Positions 10,416 to 21,462 are shown, counted from the first letter of the whole stretch. The stretch is 63,960 bases of DNA, filler included, from an uncultured bacterium (GCA_964471275.1; 5 parts of 5 records of this genome joined end to end with filler, not necessarily neighbours in it), one strand, 5' to 3'. The notes: generated by a model from the letters alone, not told the origin. Numbers and translations: made by a program.

Positions 10416-11585
10416 ATGGGAAGGCTTTTTACATCGGAATCTGTTTCCGAGGGGCACCCGGACAAGATCAGTGACCAGATCTCGGATGCCGTACTCGATG
10501 CGATGCTCGCTCAGGACCCGCGTTCGCGCGTCGCCTGCGAGACTCTGGTAACAACCGGACAGATTATCGTTTCCGGCGAGGTGACCAGCAAGGCTTTAGT
10601 GGATGTCTCTGAGCTCGCGCGCAAGACGATCAAGGATATCGGGTATACTGATTCGGCCTACGGATTCGACTACCAGTCGTGTGGCGTATTGATCGCGCTC
10701 CACCAACAGTCTCCCGACATTTCGCAGGGCGTGACGTCCGGCGAAGGTCTTCACGAGGATCAGGGCGCAGGCGATCAGGGCATGATGTTTGGTTACGCCT
10801 GCCGGGAAACGCCCGAATTGATGCCGCTCCCCATCATGATGTCGCACAAGCTGGTTCAGCGTCTGGCACAGCTTCGCAAGCGGAAGACCATTCCCTATCT
10901 GCGCCCGGACAGCAAATCACAGGTCACCGTCGAGTATGACGAGAAGGATCGCCCGGTTCGCGTACACACGGTTGTCATTTCGACGCAGCACGACGAAAAG
11001 GTATCGCACTCGCGCATTTCGAACGACATCATCAAACAAGTCGTGAAGAAGGTCATTCCCGCACGCTTCCTGGACAAGGACACGATCTATCATATCAATC
11101 CGACGGGTCGATTCGTCGTGGGGGGGCCTCACGGCGATACGGGTCTGACGGGGAGGAAGATCATCGTCGACACCTACGGCGGGATGGGCCGGCACGGTGG
11201 CGGGGCCTTCTCCGGGAAGGACCCGAGCAAGGTCGATCGCTCGGCACACTACGCGGCTCGTTGGGTGGCCAAGAATGTCGTGGCTGCAGGTCTCGCGTCG
11301 CGTTGTGAGATCCAGCTGGCCTACGCCATCGGGGTTCCCGAACCCGTTTCCATCGGTGTGGATGTCTTTGGCACGGGCAAGCTCGAGGAAAAGCATCTGG
11401 TCGATCTGATCTACAGCAATTTCGACCTGACGCCCACCGGGATCATCAAGAAGCTCCGTCTTTTAAGGCCGGTGTATCTGCCGACGGCGGCGTATGGACA
11501 CTTTGGTCGGAAAGGCGACGGATTTACGTGGGAGAAGACAGACAAGGCAAACGCACTCAAGCGTGATGTTCAGAAGCTGAGCTAA
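10416..11585 (+). CDS. metK: S-adenosylmethionine synthetase
   Basis: [35 protein letters not shown]. Confidence 0.99.
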   Translation: MGRLFTSESVSEGHPDKISDQISDAVLDAMLAQDPRSRVACETLVTTGQIIVSGEVTSKALVDVSELARKTIKDIGYTDSAYGFDYQSCGVLIALHQQSPDISQGVTSGEGLHEDQGAGDQGMMFGYACRETPELMPLPIMMSHKLVQRLAQLRKRKTIPYLRPDSKSQVTVEYDEKDRPVRVHTVVISTQHDEKVSHSRISNDIIKQVVKKVIPARFLDKDTIYHINPTGRFVVGGPHGDTGLTGRKIIVDTYGGMGRHGGGAFSGKDPSKVDRSAHYAARWVAKNVVAAGLASRCEIQLAYAIGVPEPVSIGVDVFGTGKLEEKHLVDLIYSNFDLTPTGIIKKLRLLRPVYLPTAAYGHFGRKGDGFTWEKTDKANALKRDVQKLS

Positions 11586-11603
11586 GACAAGGGGAGCATC
11601 GCA

Positions 11604-13046
11604 ATGGCGGAAGTTTCAGTCGACGACATTCAGCTGCCAGACTATTCGGGGCTGAACTTCAAGATCGCAGACAGTGCAGAAACAGCCTTTGGGCGGCGTG
11701 AGCTTACGATCGCCGAGCAGGAGATGCCCGGGCTGATGGCGTTGCGTGAACAGTATGCGGACAAGGATGTCTTCAACAACGCACGTATCACCGGATCTCT
11801 CCACATGACGGTGCAGACCGCTGTCCTGATCGAAACGTTGAAGGCGCTGGGTGCAGACATCCGTTGGGCATCGTGTAATATCTTCTCGACTCAGGATCAC
11901 GCCGCGGCAGCGATCGCAGAGGGGGGTACACCAGTCTTTGCCTGGAAGGGCGAGACGCTGGAGGAATACTGGGAATGTACGCTGCAAGCGTTGACCTTCC
12001 CGGACGGGAAGGGCCCTCAGGTGATCGTGGATGACGGTGGCGATGCCACCCTGTTGATTCACCGTGGATATGCGGCCGAGAAAAATGCATCGATCCTGGA
12101 TGAGCCTACGGATAATCGAGAGTTGGCGATCATCAATGCCGTACTCAAGAGACAGCTCGAGAGGAACAGCAAGTTCTGGCACGGTGTTGTGGAAGAACTA
12201 CGCGGCGTGTCCGAGGAGACGACCACGGGTGTTCACCGACTGTATCACATGAAGGAGCAGGGCGAGCTGCTTGTCCCTGCGATCAATGTGAATGACTCTG
12301 TGACCAAGTCCAAGTTCGACAATCTCTACGGATGTCGTGAGAGTCTGGCGGACGGGATCAAGCGTGCGACCGATGTGATGGTGGCGGGCAAGGTTGTTTG
12401 TGTGTGCGGCTATGGTGATGTCGGCAAGGGATGTGCGCAGTCGATGAAAGGCTTTGGTGCACGCGTCATCATCACGGAAGTCGACCCGATCTGTGCGCTG
12501 CAGGCCGCGATGGAAGGTTACGAGGTCAAACCCATCGAGGAGTGTCTCGACGAGGCCAATATCTTCGTGACGACCACGGGAAACAAGGATATCGTCCGGG
12601 TCGAGCACATGGCAAAGATGCTCGACCAGGCGATCGTCTGTAACATCGGACATTTTGACAACGAGATACAGATGGCTGCGCTGGAGGCGTTCCCCGGAAT
12701 CGCCAAAGAGGAGATCAAGCCACAGGTGGACAAGTATACGTTCCCCGATGGTCGCGCGATCTTTGTTCTGGCAGAGGGGCGACTCGTGAACCTGGGATGC
12801 GCGACAGGCCATCCCTCGTTCGTGATGTCTGCTTCGTTTACGAACCAGGTGCTGGCTCAGATCGATCTCTGGCAGAACGATCGCGAGATCGATGTGTACA
12901 GATTGCCCAAACATCTGGACGAGGAAGTGGCGCGGCTACACCTGAAGAAGCTGGGTGTCAAGCTGACAACACTTTCCAATGAGCAAGCAGAGTATATCGG
13001 TGTGGATGTTGAGGGTCCGTATAAGCCAGAGCATTATAAGTACTAG
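11604..13046 (+). CDS. ahcY: Adenosylhomocysteinase
   Basis: [38 protein letters not shown]. Confidence 0.99.
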   Translation: MAEVSVDDIQLPDYSGLNFKIADSAETAFGRRELTIAEQEMPGLMALREQYADKDVFNNARITGSLHMTVQTAVLIETLKALGADIRWASCNIFSTQDHAAAAIAEGGTPVFAWKGETLEEYWECTLQALTFPDGKGPQVIVDDGGDATLLIHRGYAAEKNASILDEPTDNRELAIINAVLKRQLERNSKFWHGVVEELRGVSEETTTGVHRLYHMKEQGELLVPAINVNDSVTKSKFDNLYGCRESLADGIKRATDVMVAGKVVCVCGYGDVGKGCAQSMKGFGARVIITEVDPICALQAAMEGYEVKPIEECLDEANIFVTTTGNKDIVRVEHMAKMLDQAIVCNIGHFDNEIQMAALEAFPGIAKEEIKPQVDKYTFPDGRAIFVLAEGRLVNLGCATGHPSFVMSASFTNQVLAQIDLWQNDREIDVYRLPKHLDEEVARLHLKKLGVKLTTLSNEQAEYIGVDVEGPYKPEHYKY

Positions 13047-13157
13047 AGACAGGGAGTGGGGGGAGGGTGTGGGGTGTGGGAAGGCGCAGTGTAAAGTTGA
13101 ACCGTTTCGAGCGTGCTGGGTCGTATCCAGCCCGCTCGTTCTTCTTGGAAGCAGAGA

Positions 13158-14150
13158 ATGGAGCCGATCAAGACGGGGATCATCGGGTTTGGACGGGTGG
13201 CAGGGACTCATCTGAAGGCGATGCGGGAGTGTGGTCACTACGCTGTGACGCACGTCTGTGATATTACGGACTCTCGTAGGCAGGCGGCAGAAGCCGAGGG
13301 TCTGTCGGCTACGGACCGGCTGGATGTGTTTCTGGAGGCGGATCTGGAGTTGGTTCTGATTACGACTCATTCGTCGGCACACCACGCGGACGCGCTGCGC
13401 GTTGCGGCAGCGAAAAAACACATGATCGTCGAGAAGCCTATGGCCCTGACAGGAGCAGAAGCCGCGGAGATGGTGGATGCTGCGAAGATCAACGGTGTGT
13501 CTCTGTGTGTGAATCACAACCGTCACTATGATATTGACTACTGTCGGATCAAATCAGCCGTACTGGACGGTCTGATCGGAGAGGTCGTGTCGATCGAGAA
13601 TCGTACCCTCGGGGCGCGGCCGGCTGTCGGCTACGGCGTGGTCGATTATGATCAATCCTGGCGGATCACGGCGGCGGCGGGTGGAGGGACCCTGCTCGAC
13701 TTTGGACCCCACTGGGTTGAGCAGATCGTCGATCTGATGTCGGGCCACAAGATCGTGCAGGTCTTTGCGGACGTACGTCACGTCAAGTGGGGTGATGCGG
13801 ATGACCTGTTCGATATCACGATGATTTTCGACAACGGGGTTCACGCTCGGGCGGCAAAGGCGGATCTCTCCTACTACACACCGCCGTACAAGTGGCTGGT
13901 TCTGGGGACGGATGCGACGCTAGTTGGCACGCGAGGCGGGGACAGGGAGGCGATCATCAAGGGCGAGGAATACGAGACGAAGCGGACGAAGGGTGTTGAA
14001 AGAGAGAATTTGCACGTCAACATTGCGGAGCATATCCGGAAGGGCGCGGATTTGATCATTTCTCCAGAACACGCGCTCCGGGTGATGCAGGTTTTGGAAG
14101 CAGCGAGACAATCAGCGGCAGCAGGGAAGAGCGTGGATGTGGAAATCTGA
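13158..14150 (+). CDS. Gfo/Idh/MocA family oxidoreductase
   Basis: GIIGFG Rossmann motif, VEKPMA, GGGTLLDFGPH; ATG 13158 preferred. Confidence 0.9.
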   Translation: MEPIKTGIIGFGRVAGTHLKAMRECGHYAVTHVCDITDSRRQAAEAEGLSATDRLDVFLEADLELVLITTHSSAHHADALRVAAAKKHMIVEKPMALTGAEAAEMVDAAKINGVSLCVNHNRHYDIDYCRIKSAVLDGLIGEVVSIENRTLGARPAVGYGVVDYDQSWRITAAAGGGTLLDFGPHWVEQIVDLMSGHKIVQVFADVRHVKWGDADDLFDITMIFDNGVHARAAKADLSYYTPPYKWLVLGTDATLVGTRGGDREAIIKGEEYETKRTKGVERENLHVNIAEHIRKGADLIISPEHALRVMQVLEAARQSAAAGKSVDVEI

Positions 14151-14172
14151 GGTGCGCGCGTCGTTGAGGGGC

Positions 14173-14602
14173 TTAGAATTCTCGACGGAACCTGACGGAG
14201 AGCGTCCAGTCATCAATGTCGCTGTCGAATCGGCGAGCGATGTTGAAGCGGACCAGCTGTCTGTAGAGTGAGACTGCCGCACCGAGGTTCGTCCTAATGT
14301 CATCAAGACGAAGAGAGTCGAAGCCGCTCAAGGCATTCGCTGTTTTCGGCGACCGACTGACCCAACCTGCGTCGGAAAAAGCGATTAATTCCACGAACTG
14401 GCCCAACCGGCTGGACAACCTGCGGACGATGTCTCCCCGGAACAGGTAGTCAAAGTTCAAGAGTATCACGCGATTGCCACTGTATTCCTTGATCCGGTAG
14501 CCTCTGAGTGTGCTGATCCCCCCGAGGTCATACTGGTGTTGCTCGTCGATACTCTCACGGGTTCCAAGCAGCCCGCGGGCGACGAAGGCTTGCCTTCCGA
14601 AG
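14173..14602 (-). CDS. Omp85/BamA-TamA family outer-membrane protein, C-terminal fragment cut by gap
   Basis: Frame open from the gap edge: YDLGGISTLRGY..EYSGN (VRGF/Y-like motif), F.DAG, terminal Phe. Confidence 0.7.
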
Positions 14603-14702
14603 NNNNNNNNNNNNNNNNNNNNNNNNNNNNNNNNNNNNNNNNNNNNTTAATTAATTAANNNNNNNNNNNNNNNNNNNNNNNNNNNNNNNNNNNNNNNNNN
14701 NN
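14603..14702. other. Artificial contig linker (same form at 29287-29386, 43768-43867, 58209-58308)
   Basis: N-runs around TTAATTAATTAA, which has stops in all six frames. Confidence 0.97.
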
Positions 14703-14814
14703 GATGTGCTTCATTCACTTCGTTTGGTGTTCGGTAGTCGAGCGACGAGTGCAGCCGTTCCTGGTTATAGTATCTGGCATAGTCTGCAATGGCGTCACGC
14801 GCCTCTCCTTCTCC
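14703..14814 (-). mobile_element. IS3-family transposase C-terminal remnant
   Basis: Manual translation EARDAIADYARYYNQERLHSSLDYRTPNEV matches the YN..R.HSSL.Y.TP signature; at contig edge. Confidence 0.8.
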
Positions 14815-14854
14815 CTAGAGTGCTATCCTTGCCCGAGTTCTCTCGACGGAACGA

Positions 14855-15253
14855 CTATGACCACTCCTCTTCCACAACGGTGAAGATGCGGTCCTCCAGA
14901 ACCGCTCCTTCGATGCTGGTTACCAACCGCCATTCCCCAACCTTGTCCTCTACCGGTTCCCAGACCTTGTCTCCGAGGAAGAAATTCCAATCGTTCGTCC
15001 GCACAAACAACTCACCGACAAAGGGCTTGGCAACTTCACCTGATTCGTCTTGAAAGGGCGGATGCTCAATCCGATACTCGAGGATCTTTCCCTTCGCCCC
15101 CTTGATATTCACGATATAGCCGAATTCTACCTCTGCGCGCGCGGGTATCTTGTCTCTCGACTTCTCCAGCGAAGGAAGGCCCTTCGCATCCCTCTCCCAG
15201 CCATCATAGATCCCGTGATTGACGACCTTGCTGCTGATCTTCCGTTTCGCCAT
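14855..15253 (-). CDS. DUF3859-like protein
   Basis: MAKRK..HGIY..W...LP, EFGYIVNIKGAKGK, NDWNFFLGD.VWEP; recognised from memory of the family. Confidence 0.7.
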   Translation of the reverse strand: MAKRKISSKVVNHGIYDGWERDAKGLPSLEKSRDKIPARAEVEFGYIVNIKGAKGKILEYRIEHPPFQDESGEVAKPFVGELFVRTNDWNFFLGDKVWEPVEDKVGEWRLVTSIEGAVLEDRIFTVVEEEWS

Positions 15254-15409
15254 CCCTCGTTCTACCCCTGAGAAAGCAATAGACCCCGCGTGAACAGGGC
15301 TTGGCCTACAATGAAAACAACGATCCTGCCGCGCGGGTCGAAACACGACAGAGACTCCGATGGGTGCGATTTTTTCCCGTGAGCCAACAAACGGGAGATC
15401 TCGTTTTCC

Positions 15410-15928
15410 TCACACAATCGTCTCGACCATGCCTCTGCTGATCGGGTCTAGCAGCCGATAGTCTGGAATTTCGTAGCGATTCCCGTCTGCGTCACGGATC
15501 AGGATACGTCCCCCCTCGAGAACGCGGATATCCCTGCGCGTGCTTGCGATCTCGAAGGTCCTCGGTCCTCGGTCTGTCTCCACTTCCCACTTGGGGATGT
15601 GGAACTCTTCATAAATTGTGTTGATCTGGCTGATCTCCGCCGTGAAGTAGAGCAGGGAGAGACGCTCCTCCACAACGCGCCGGCTATCCGCGTCCAGATC
15701 GTTGAGATCGAGGATCGTACCGAGTTCCTCCTGATCCTGGCCCTGGAGGATGATGAAACGACTCTCGGAGGAAACGGGAAATGCCCTCAGCACGGTTGTC
15801 ACACGATGCTCTTTCCGCGCTTCATCGACGAGAATGAGCTCCTCGAAATCGTTTACATAGAGCCGAACCTGTTCTGCGTCCAGCAGACTCAGTTCATCTC
15901 GCAGTGAGTAGAGTTCATCCATAGGCAT
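15410..15928 (-). CDS. DUF1854 domain protein
   Basis: RAFPVS, WEVETDRG, LIRDADGNRY.IPD...LD; typical partner of the upstream ABC exporter. Confidence 0.85.
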   Translation of the reverse strand: MPMDELYSLRDELSLLDAEQVRLYVNDFEELILVDEARKEHRVTTVLRAFPVSSESRFIILQGQDQEELGTILDLNDLDADSRRVVEERLSLLYFTAEISQINTIYEEFHIPKWEVETDRGPRTFEIASTRRDIRVLEGGRILIRDADGNRYEIPDYRLLDPISRGMVETIV

Positions 15929-15949
15929 TCGTATACGTGAAGGTCCAGT

Positions 15950-18316
15950 CTAGACGGCCCTGAGTCGAGACATCTCCTGCTGCATGCGACACAGCCGGGC
16001 ATAGATCCCCTCCTGCGCGATCAGCTCGTCGTGTGTACCGATCTCCGCGAGGTGGCCCTTCTCGATGATCAGAAGCCGACTCGAGTACTTCAAAGTGGAG
16101 AGCCGGTGGGCGATCGCAAAGGTCGTCCGCCCCTTCACCAGGCGTTCCAGGGCCTCCTGAATCTGGGACTCCGTTTCGGTATCCATGCTTGCGGTTGCTT
16201 CATCCAGAATCAGAATCCGTGGGTCTCTCAGAATCGCCCGTGCAATCGAAACGCGCTGCTTCTCTCCACCGGAGAGCCGGGCCCCCCTCTCGCCGAGAAC
16301 GGTGTCGAAGCCATCCGGCAGGTTCAGCACAAAATCATACGCGTTTGCAGCCCTAGATGCCGCGACAACGTCCTCGAGGACAGCATCCGGGTTTCCGTAC
16401 GCGATGTTTTCTGCCACCGATCCGTTAAACAAAAACGGCTCCTGCAGAACGACTCCGATCTGGTCTCGCAAAGACTTCAATCGGACATTCCGGATATCTT
16501 GGCCATCGATCAGGATCTGACCCTCTTCTGTGTCGTAGAATCGACAGATCAAGTTGATCAACGTACTCTTGCCAGCCCCGCTGTGGCCGGCCAAGCCAAT
16601 CATCTCACCGGGTTCGACCACGAAATTCAGATCGTGCATCACCGGTTTTCCGGGTTCGTACGCAAACGTGACATTCCGAAATTCAACACGTCCCTCGATG
16701 GTGGGGACGTCGATTGCGTCTGGCCTGTCCGCCACATCGGATTGCGTGTCTAGGACCTCAAAGACACGTTCGGCGCTCGTGGCGGCCCGCTGGAACCGAT
16801 GGTTAAGCCGGCATAGACTCTCGACGGGCCCGTAGAACTGAAACATGTAGCCGGTAAACGCCACAAAGTCGCCTAGGGTCAGCGTGCCGCCGAGCACTTT
16901 GTTGCCGCCCACCCACCAAATGATCAGTGTGCCCAGTGAAGTCAGAAACGTCATCGTTGGACTGAACACGCTTCGGATACGAGCCACCCGCAGCTCGTCG
17001 TAAAGGAGATCAGAACTGCGTCCCTCGAACCGATCCACCTCGCGTTTCTCCTGGGCGAAAGCCTTGACGACCCGTACACCGGGGATCACATCGGCAAGCA
17101 GAGCACTGATCTTCGCCCACTTGCGCCAGAGACCATGATAGACACCGTGCAAACGTTGACCAAAGTGGATGGTCACCAGCACGATCAACGGGGTAGGCAG
17201 CAGGACAAGCGAGGCCAGCGATGGATTCAGCGTGAACAGGATCGCACAGATGATCATAAGCGTCAGCACGTCCCGAATAACTTCCTGTAATCCATCACTG
17301 AGGAAGTCCTGGAGCCGGCTCACGTCCTGCGTGATGCTGGCCATGATCTGCCCGGTTTCCCGTTCGTTGTAGAAGCTGAGAGACAGGTGATGCAGATGTC
17401 GGTAGACCTGTCGACGTAGATCAAACGTGATCATCTGCCCCAGACGAGCCATGATGTAAGTGCGAAGCGCCCTCAGACCGTTTCTGGACACGTTGATCAG
17501 AAGAAGAACAACAACCAGAAAGGCTAGCGTTTCTGATGGGCCACGGCCGGTAACAACCTGCGTAGGTCCATCGGTAGCACGGCGCTCGGAACGGGACTCG
17601 CCGCGAGCCGCAGGTAGCTCGGACACGGTGCGTAACTGGCTCGCAGGGGCGAGAACGTCATCGATCAAAGTGCGCAGCAGCAGTGGCGGCGTCAGCCCGA
17701 TAAAGGTCGCCGTCAGCAGAATCGCGAGACTGAACACGGCCATACCCCAGTAAGGAACGACGTGTCCCATCAGCCGAGCGAACAGCTTTCGCCGGTCCAG
17801 ACAGACAGGACAGACCCCGCGGAATCTGTGCGGAATGACGCTCCCACAAGTGTCGCAGCGCTTCCGTCTGACTGCAGCCTTGTGGAAACTGCTTCGAAGG
17901 ATCCGCTCACCATCGTCCTCGGGACGTCCCTTGCGGATCAATGTCTCGATCTTCTCGGACACTTCGGACAGCAGCTGGAGATGCGATTTTGAGAACATCG
18001 CAACAGTGATGCCCTTTTCGGCGGTCCGTACCTGGAGGGTCCCGCAGCCGAAGGTCTCGCGCAGATCGATGCCTTCAATCTCGTTGAGCCGAATCTCGAA
18101 CGCGGATGGCCCGTCATTGCCGTTCGGTCCCACACAGATCAACCGGCTGTCCGTGCCGAGCAGCCACGCCGACCCGTAGTCGCCGCCCAGCTCGATGTCT
18201 GTCTCCACCGCCAGACGCAATTCTTCACGGTCCTCGAGAAAGGTTTGCGCCTCGGTCTCAACATACTTGGGCAGTTGATCTTCCAATTCGACCCTGTAGG
18301 TTTCGTCCAGTGCCAT
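15950..18316 (-). CDS. ABC exporter (fused TMD+NBD) with N-terminal extension and CxxC..CxxC
   Basis: GHSGAGKST, LSGGEKQR, ILDEAT; ATG 18316 preferred over 18445. Confidence 0.92.
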   Translation of the reverse strand: MALDETYRVELEDQLPKYVETEAQTFLEDREELRLAVETDIELGGDYGSAWLLGTDSRLICVGPNGNDGPSAFEIRLNEIEGIDLRETFGCGTLQVRTAEKGITVAMFSKSHLQLLSEVSEKIETLIRKGRPEDDGERILRSSFHKAAVRRKRCDTCGSVIPHRFRGVCPVCLDRRKLFARLMGHVVPYWGMAVFSLAILLTATFIGLTPPLLLRTLIDDVLAPASQLRTVSELPAARGESRSERRATDGPTQVVTGRGPSETLAFLVVVLLLINVSRNGLRALRTYIMARLGQMITFDLRRQVYRHLHHLSLSFYNERETGQIMASITQDVSRLQDFLSDGLQEVIRDVLTLMIICAILFTLNPSLASLVLLPTPLIVLVTIHFGQRLHGVYHGLWRKWAKISALLADVIPGVRVVKAFAQEKREVDRFEGRSSDLLYDELRVARIRSVFSPTMTFLTSLGTLIIWWVGGNKVLGGTLTLGDFVAFTGYMFQFYGPVESLCRLNHRFQRAATSAERVFEVLDTQSDVADRPDAIDVPTIEGRVEFRNVTFAYEPGKPVMHDLNFVVEPGEMIGLAGHSGAGKSTLINLICRFYDTEEGQILIDGQDIRNVRLKSLRDQIGVVLQEPFLFNGSVAENIAYGNPDAVLEDVVAASRAANAYDFVLNLPDGFDTVLGERGARLSGGEKQRVSIARAILRDPRILILDEATASMDTETESQIQEALERLVKGRTTFAIAHRLSTLKYSSRLLIIEKGHLAEIGTHDELIAQEGIYARLCRMQQEMSRLRAV

Positions 18317-18338
18317 AGTATCCGTTGCCTGACCCGAC

Positions 18339-18598
18339 CTATCGGTTACGCATGCCTTCGAGGAAGATGCTCGACACCTCCTCGCCATCGCCTTTACCGT
18401 CAGCCGATCCACATTGTATCTGAGCACAGACCGAACCATCCCCATCAGTATCTGGGCTTCGGTCCGGGGATGGACGGCCCGGATGCCTCCTTCGTTGCTC
18501 GCCCGCTCCAGAAGGTTCGCGATCGCATCGATCAGACCGCCTCTTTCCCGTTCCCAGCTCTTCCGATTCGGACTGTCGCCCCCCCCGACCCGGCACGT
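18339..18598 (-). pseudogene. TetR-family regulator C-terminal remnant
   Basis: LIDAIANLLERASNEGGIRAVHPRTEAQILMGMVRS, then a frameshift to EEVSSIFLEGMRNR*; no HTH, no start. Confidence 0.55.
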
Positions 18599-18724
18599 TT
18601 ACATCCTAGATTCTGCAAATCCCTCACTACGCGGACATCCTGCGTGTCCCCGACGCTTGAGCGTAAGCAGGAGACCATCCCGATCTTACCCCACGCCCCG
18701 TGCTTCTTGCCCGTACCCCACACC

Positions 18725-19636
18725 CTACCCCCTACGCTCCTCCGCCCACGCCCTCAAAGGCGTATCCTCAGGATTCTTCGTCAACCAGTATTGCGACGAC
18801 GGCGCGACATCCGAGTCCACACCGAGTGGATCTCCACCACTCGGCAATGCGCCAAGCAGTTGTTGCCGCACGGGTGAACTCCTCGCGATCAGATCTGGTG
18901 CTTGCGTGATGTAATCCGTCGGTCTCATCCAGCGGTAGTGATAGCCGATATGCATAATCTTGCGTGTCTTCTGAGACTGATTTGGCCCAACGCAGTGCCA
19001 GGTTGCTGTCCGCCAGAGCACGGCCGACCCCTTCGGCAGCTTCAGTTCCAATGCTTCATCATCGGGTACGTGGTTGCCCGCATCTCGCAGCTCTTTGGGC
19101 GATCGCACGTGGCTGCCTGGAACCAGCCACAGATTTCCGCAATTCGATTCTGTCATATCGAACAGCGTGTAGAACACCTTGATCTCCATGAACGGCAAGA
19201 CCCCATCCAGAGACGGTCCCATAAAGAGCTGTGGACTCGCAAGGTCCGGATGCCACGTCACGTTCCGATATCCTGCTTCCCGATCTGCCCCATCGCCAAC
19301 GCCGACCGAGCCCGCTTCCAGATCCTCCGGATATGGCGGCCGGTAGTCCAGATGCGTTGTTCTGATCTGAACATTCCAGCCGATCGCATCCACCACGAGA
19401 GGAAGCATCCGTGGGTGATCGATCAGATCCAGGAACGCTTCGTGCTTCGCCAGCGCGTTTCGAACCTGGAAATGCGTCTCTTTCGGCAGCCCCTTCTCCT
19501 TCTGGATCTTCTCCACCACCTCATCTGCCGCATCCGACAGGGTCTGCGTTTCTTCGGGCGTCAGAAAGTTCTCGAGAATCACGAATCCCTTTTCCTCGAA
19601 ATCCTTCTCCTGTTCTGTCGTCATCGCGATCGCCAT
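18725..19636 (-). CDS. Phytanoyl-CoA dioxygenase (PhyH) family protein
   Basis: FEEKGFVI, WHPD, LVPGSH, distal His in TWHCVGPN. Confidence 0.9.
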   Translation of the reverse strand: MAIAMTTEQEKDFEEKGFVILENFLTPEETQTLSDAADEVVEKIQKEKGLPKETHFQVRNALAKHEAFLDLIDHPRMLPLVVDAIGWNVQIRTTHLDYRPPYPEDLEAGSVGVGDGADREAGYRNVTWHPDLASPQLFMGPSLDGVLPFMEIKVFYTLFDMTESNCGNLWLVPGSHVRSPKELRDAGNHVPDDEALELKLPKGSAVLWRTATWHCVGPNQSQKTRKIMHIGYHYRWMRPTDYITQAPDLIARSSPVRQQLLGALPSGGDPLGVDSDVAPSSQYWLTKNPEDTPLRAWAEERRG

Positions 19637-19788
19637 AGAACCTCAGAATTGATGATGTGTGCTAAAGAAGATGCGAAGATGCCATCCCTTGCTTCTTAAT
19701 CCCTGGAACCTGGAACGCCCCACGCTCTTTTGAAACGCCTTGCGCCTTTCCAACCATAGAAATCCCATCATCCCATCTGCCTCTCGCC

Positions 19789-21462
19789 TCAAATCTCAAC
19801 TATTGGCCGATCCGCTAGGGGATCAATCCGCAAGTGCCACATCGTCGACGGCCACACCCAGCGAATCTCCCGAACCGTCTCTTCCGCATTACGTGCGGCG
19901 ATCGGTTCGGCATCATTCAGGACGGTCACCCGTGGAGACTTGCCGACCTCGCCACTGATCGAGAACGCCCACAGCTGCGTGGCAACTCGGAGCGTGTGCA
20001 AATCGGGCGACCGATACGTGGTTGACCAGTCCGTTCCATCGAAATCATTCGAGGTCTCTTCCGTCGGCGCCGTCGTGCTGAGATCCAGGCGATGAACACT
20101 CACCGTGCGCTCGGGATACGGCAGAGAGAGCCGCCACCAACCCGCATCGTGTTGCGCGGTCGCATCAGCTGTCTGACCGACCAGCCGGAAGCGATCCGTG
20201 AGCGATTCCCACGCTCTCGGAATCACGCACACGCGACGCAGCACCACGACATCCCCTCCTCGCTGGATCGCAAACGTCTCCCCAGCCACGGGTGGCATCG
20301 TGGTTGCCGTCAGCGATTTGGGTATGTGGGCCATCGCACCCCCATTGGCTGGGTGGGCACGCACCACACCATTCTCCACTGCTTCCCACTGAAGGAATCC
20401 CCAATCCGTTTCGCCTCGGGAGAAGGCGACCGGGAAGCACTGCCACGACAGACCCCAGGTGGGATGCTCGGCGGAAGGCATCACCGGGAACCGGGTGGTG
20501 CTTCCAATCCGGATATCCGCCAGCACTTGGGCGTGGGCGACTGCCCCTCCAAAACACGGTACGATCGGATCGGTTTGGGCTGGTTTCCTTTCCGGCATAC
20601 GATCGTGCCACCCCAACCCGTGGAGCAGATTTCCCAGGTCCGGACTATTCCCGTAGTTTTCCGGTATCTCTGCCCAGGCTTTCACACGATCTCGGTAGTT
20701 CGTGTGTGAGCAGGGAGCTTGGAATGCATAGGATCGAAGAGCGGGCACACGAGGCCCGCCATCATACGCATCCTCGATGTCAAGCAATGCCGCTATCAAA
20801 TCCGTATAGCGTTGTCGCAGATCCTCCGGGAGTCGCTCCGAGAGCAGCAGCAGGACCGAAAGCTCGTTCAGACACACACCCGTATAGATATCACTGAGAT
20901 GCTCTCCCCATCCCCACCCATCATCGAGCCAGTAGTCGGCCGCTCGGTGCATGTGCGTCGCTATGGTTGCATCCGTCTCCGTGCGACCGAGTATCTCCAC
21001 CAGCAGCCAACCACAGACAAGATCGCCCATGTATTTGTTCGGATAGTGATACGTCGCATAATCGACAGTATGAGTGAACCAGACCGACAGATCACACAGA
21101 ATCTCATCGAGTGCTTCACGACACTCGGGGTTCAGCTCATCATAGTACAGCTTCCTCAGTACGATCAGGCTTAAACCGGTGAAGAACGCCGCATTCGTGT
21201 CGTAAGGCTGATCTTCTTCCCAGTACCACTTTATGCACCCACGTTTGCCATCATCTGCCGACCACTGCATCTCTCGCAGGGCAAACAGCACGCGAGCCAC
21301 GTCAATCTTTGCCAGATCGCCAACCTGTGCCGCGGTCAGCAGTCGACTTGCGGCATTCGGCCCTGCGTGCACAGTATCCAAATTCCGGGTCGGTATCGTA
21401 TGCCCTGGACCCGCCGAAGACCAGAGCCCGATCTCATCTGTATAGTGTTCACCCCAATCCAC
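19789..21462 (-). CDS. Hypothetical protein, 557 aa
   Basis: Long ORF co-oriented with neighbours; no family recognised. Confidence 0.75.
   Translation of the reverse strand: MDWGEHYTDEIGLWSSAGPGHTIPTRNLDTVHAGPNAASRLLTAAQVGDLAKIDVARVLFALREMQWSADDGKRGCIKWYWEEDQPYDTNAAFFTGLSLIVLRKLYYDELNPECREALDEILCDLSVWFTHTVDYATYHYPNKYMGDLVCGWLLVEILGRTETDATIATHMHRAADYWLDDGWGWGEHLSDIYTGVCLNELSVLLLLSERLPEDLRQRYTDLIAALLDIEDAYDGGPRVPALRSYAFQAPCSHTNYRDRVKAWAEIPENYGNSPDLGNLLHGLGWHDRMPERKPAQTDPIVPCFGGAVAHAQVLADIRIGSTTRFPVMPSAEHPTWGLSWQCFPVAFSRGETDWGFLQWEAVENGVVRAHPANGGAMAHIPKSLTATTMPPVAGETFAIQRGGDVVVLRRVCVIPRAWESLTDRFRLVGQTADATAQHDAGWWRLSLPYPERTVSVHRLDLSTTAPTEETSNDFDGTDWSTTYRSPDLHTLRVATQLWAFSISGEVGKSPRVTVLNDAEPIAARNAEETVREIRWVWPSTMWHLRIDPLADRPIVEI

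Noticed and set aside
14603..14702. Repeated TTAATTAATTAA flanked by Ns (four times)
   Set aside because: Artificial six-frame-stop linker between contigs, not biological
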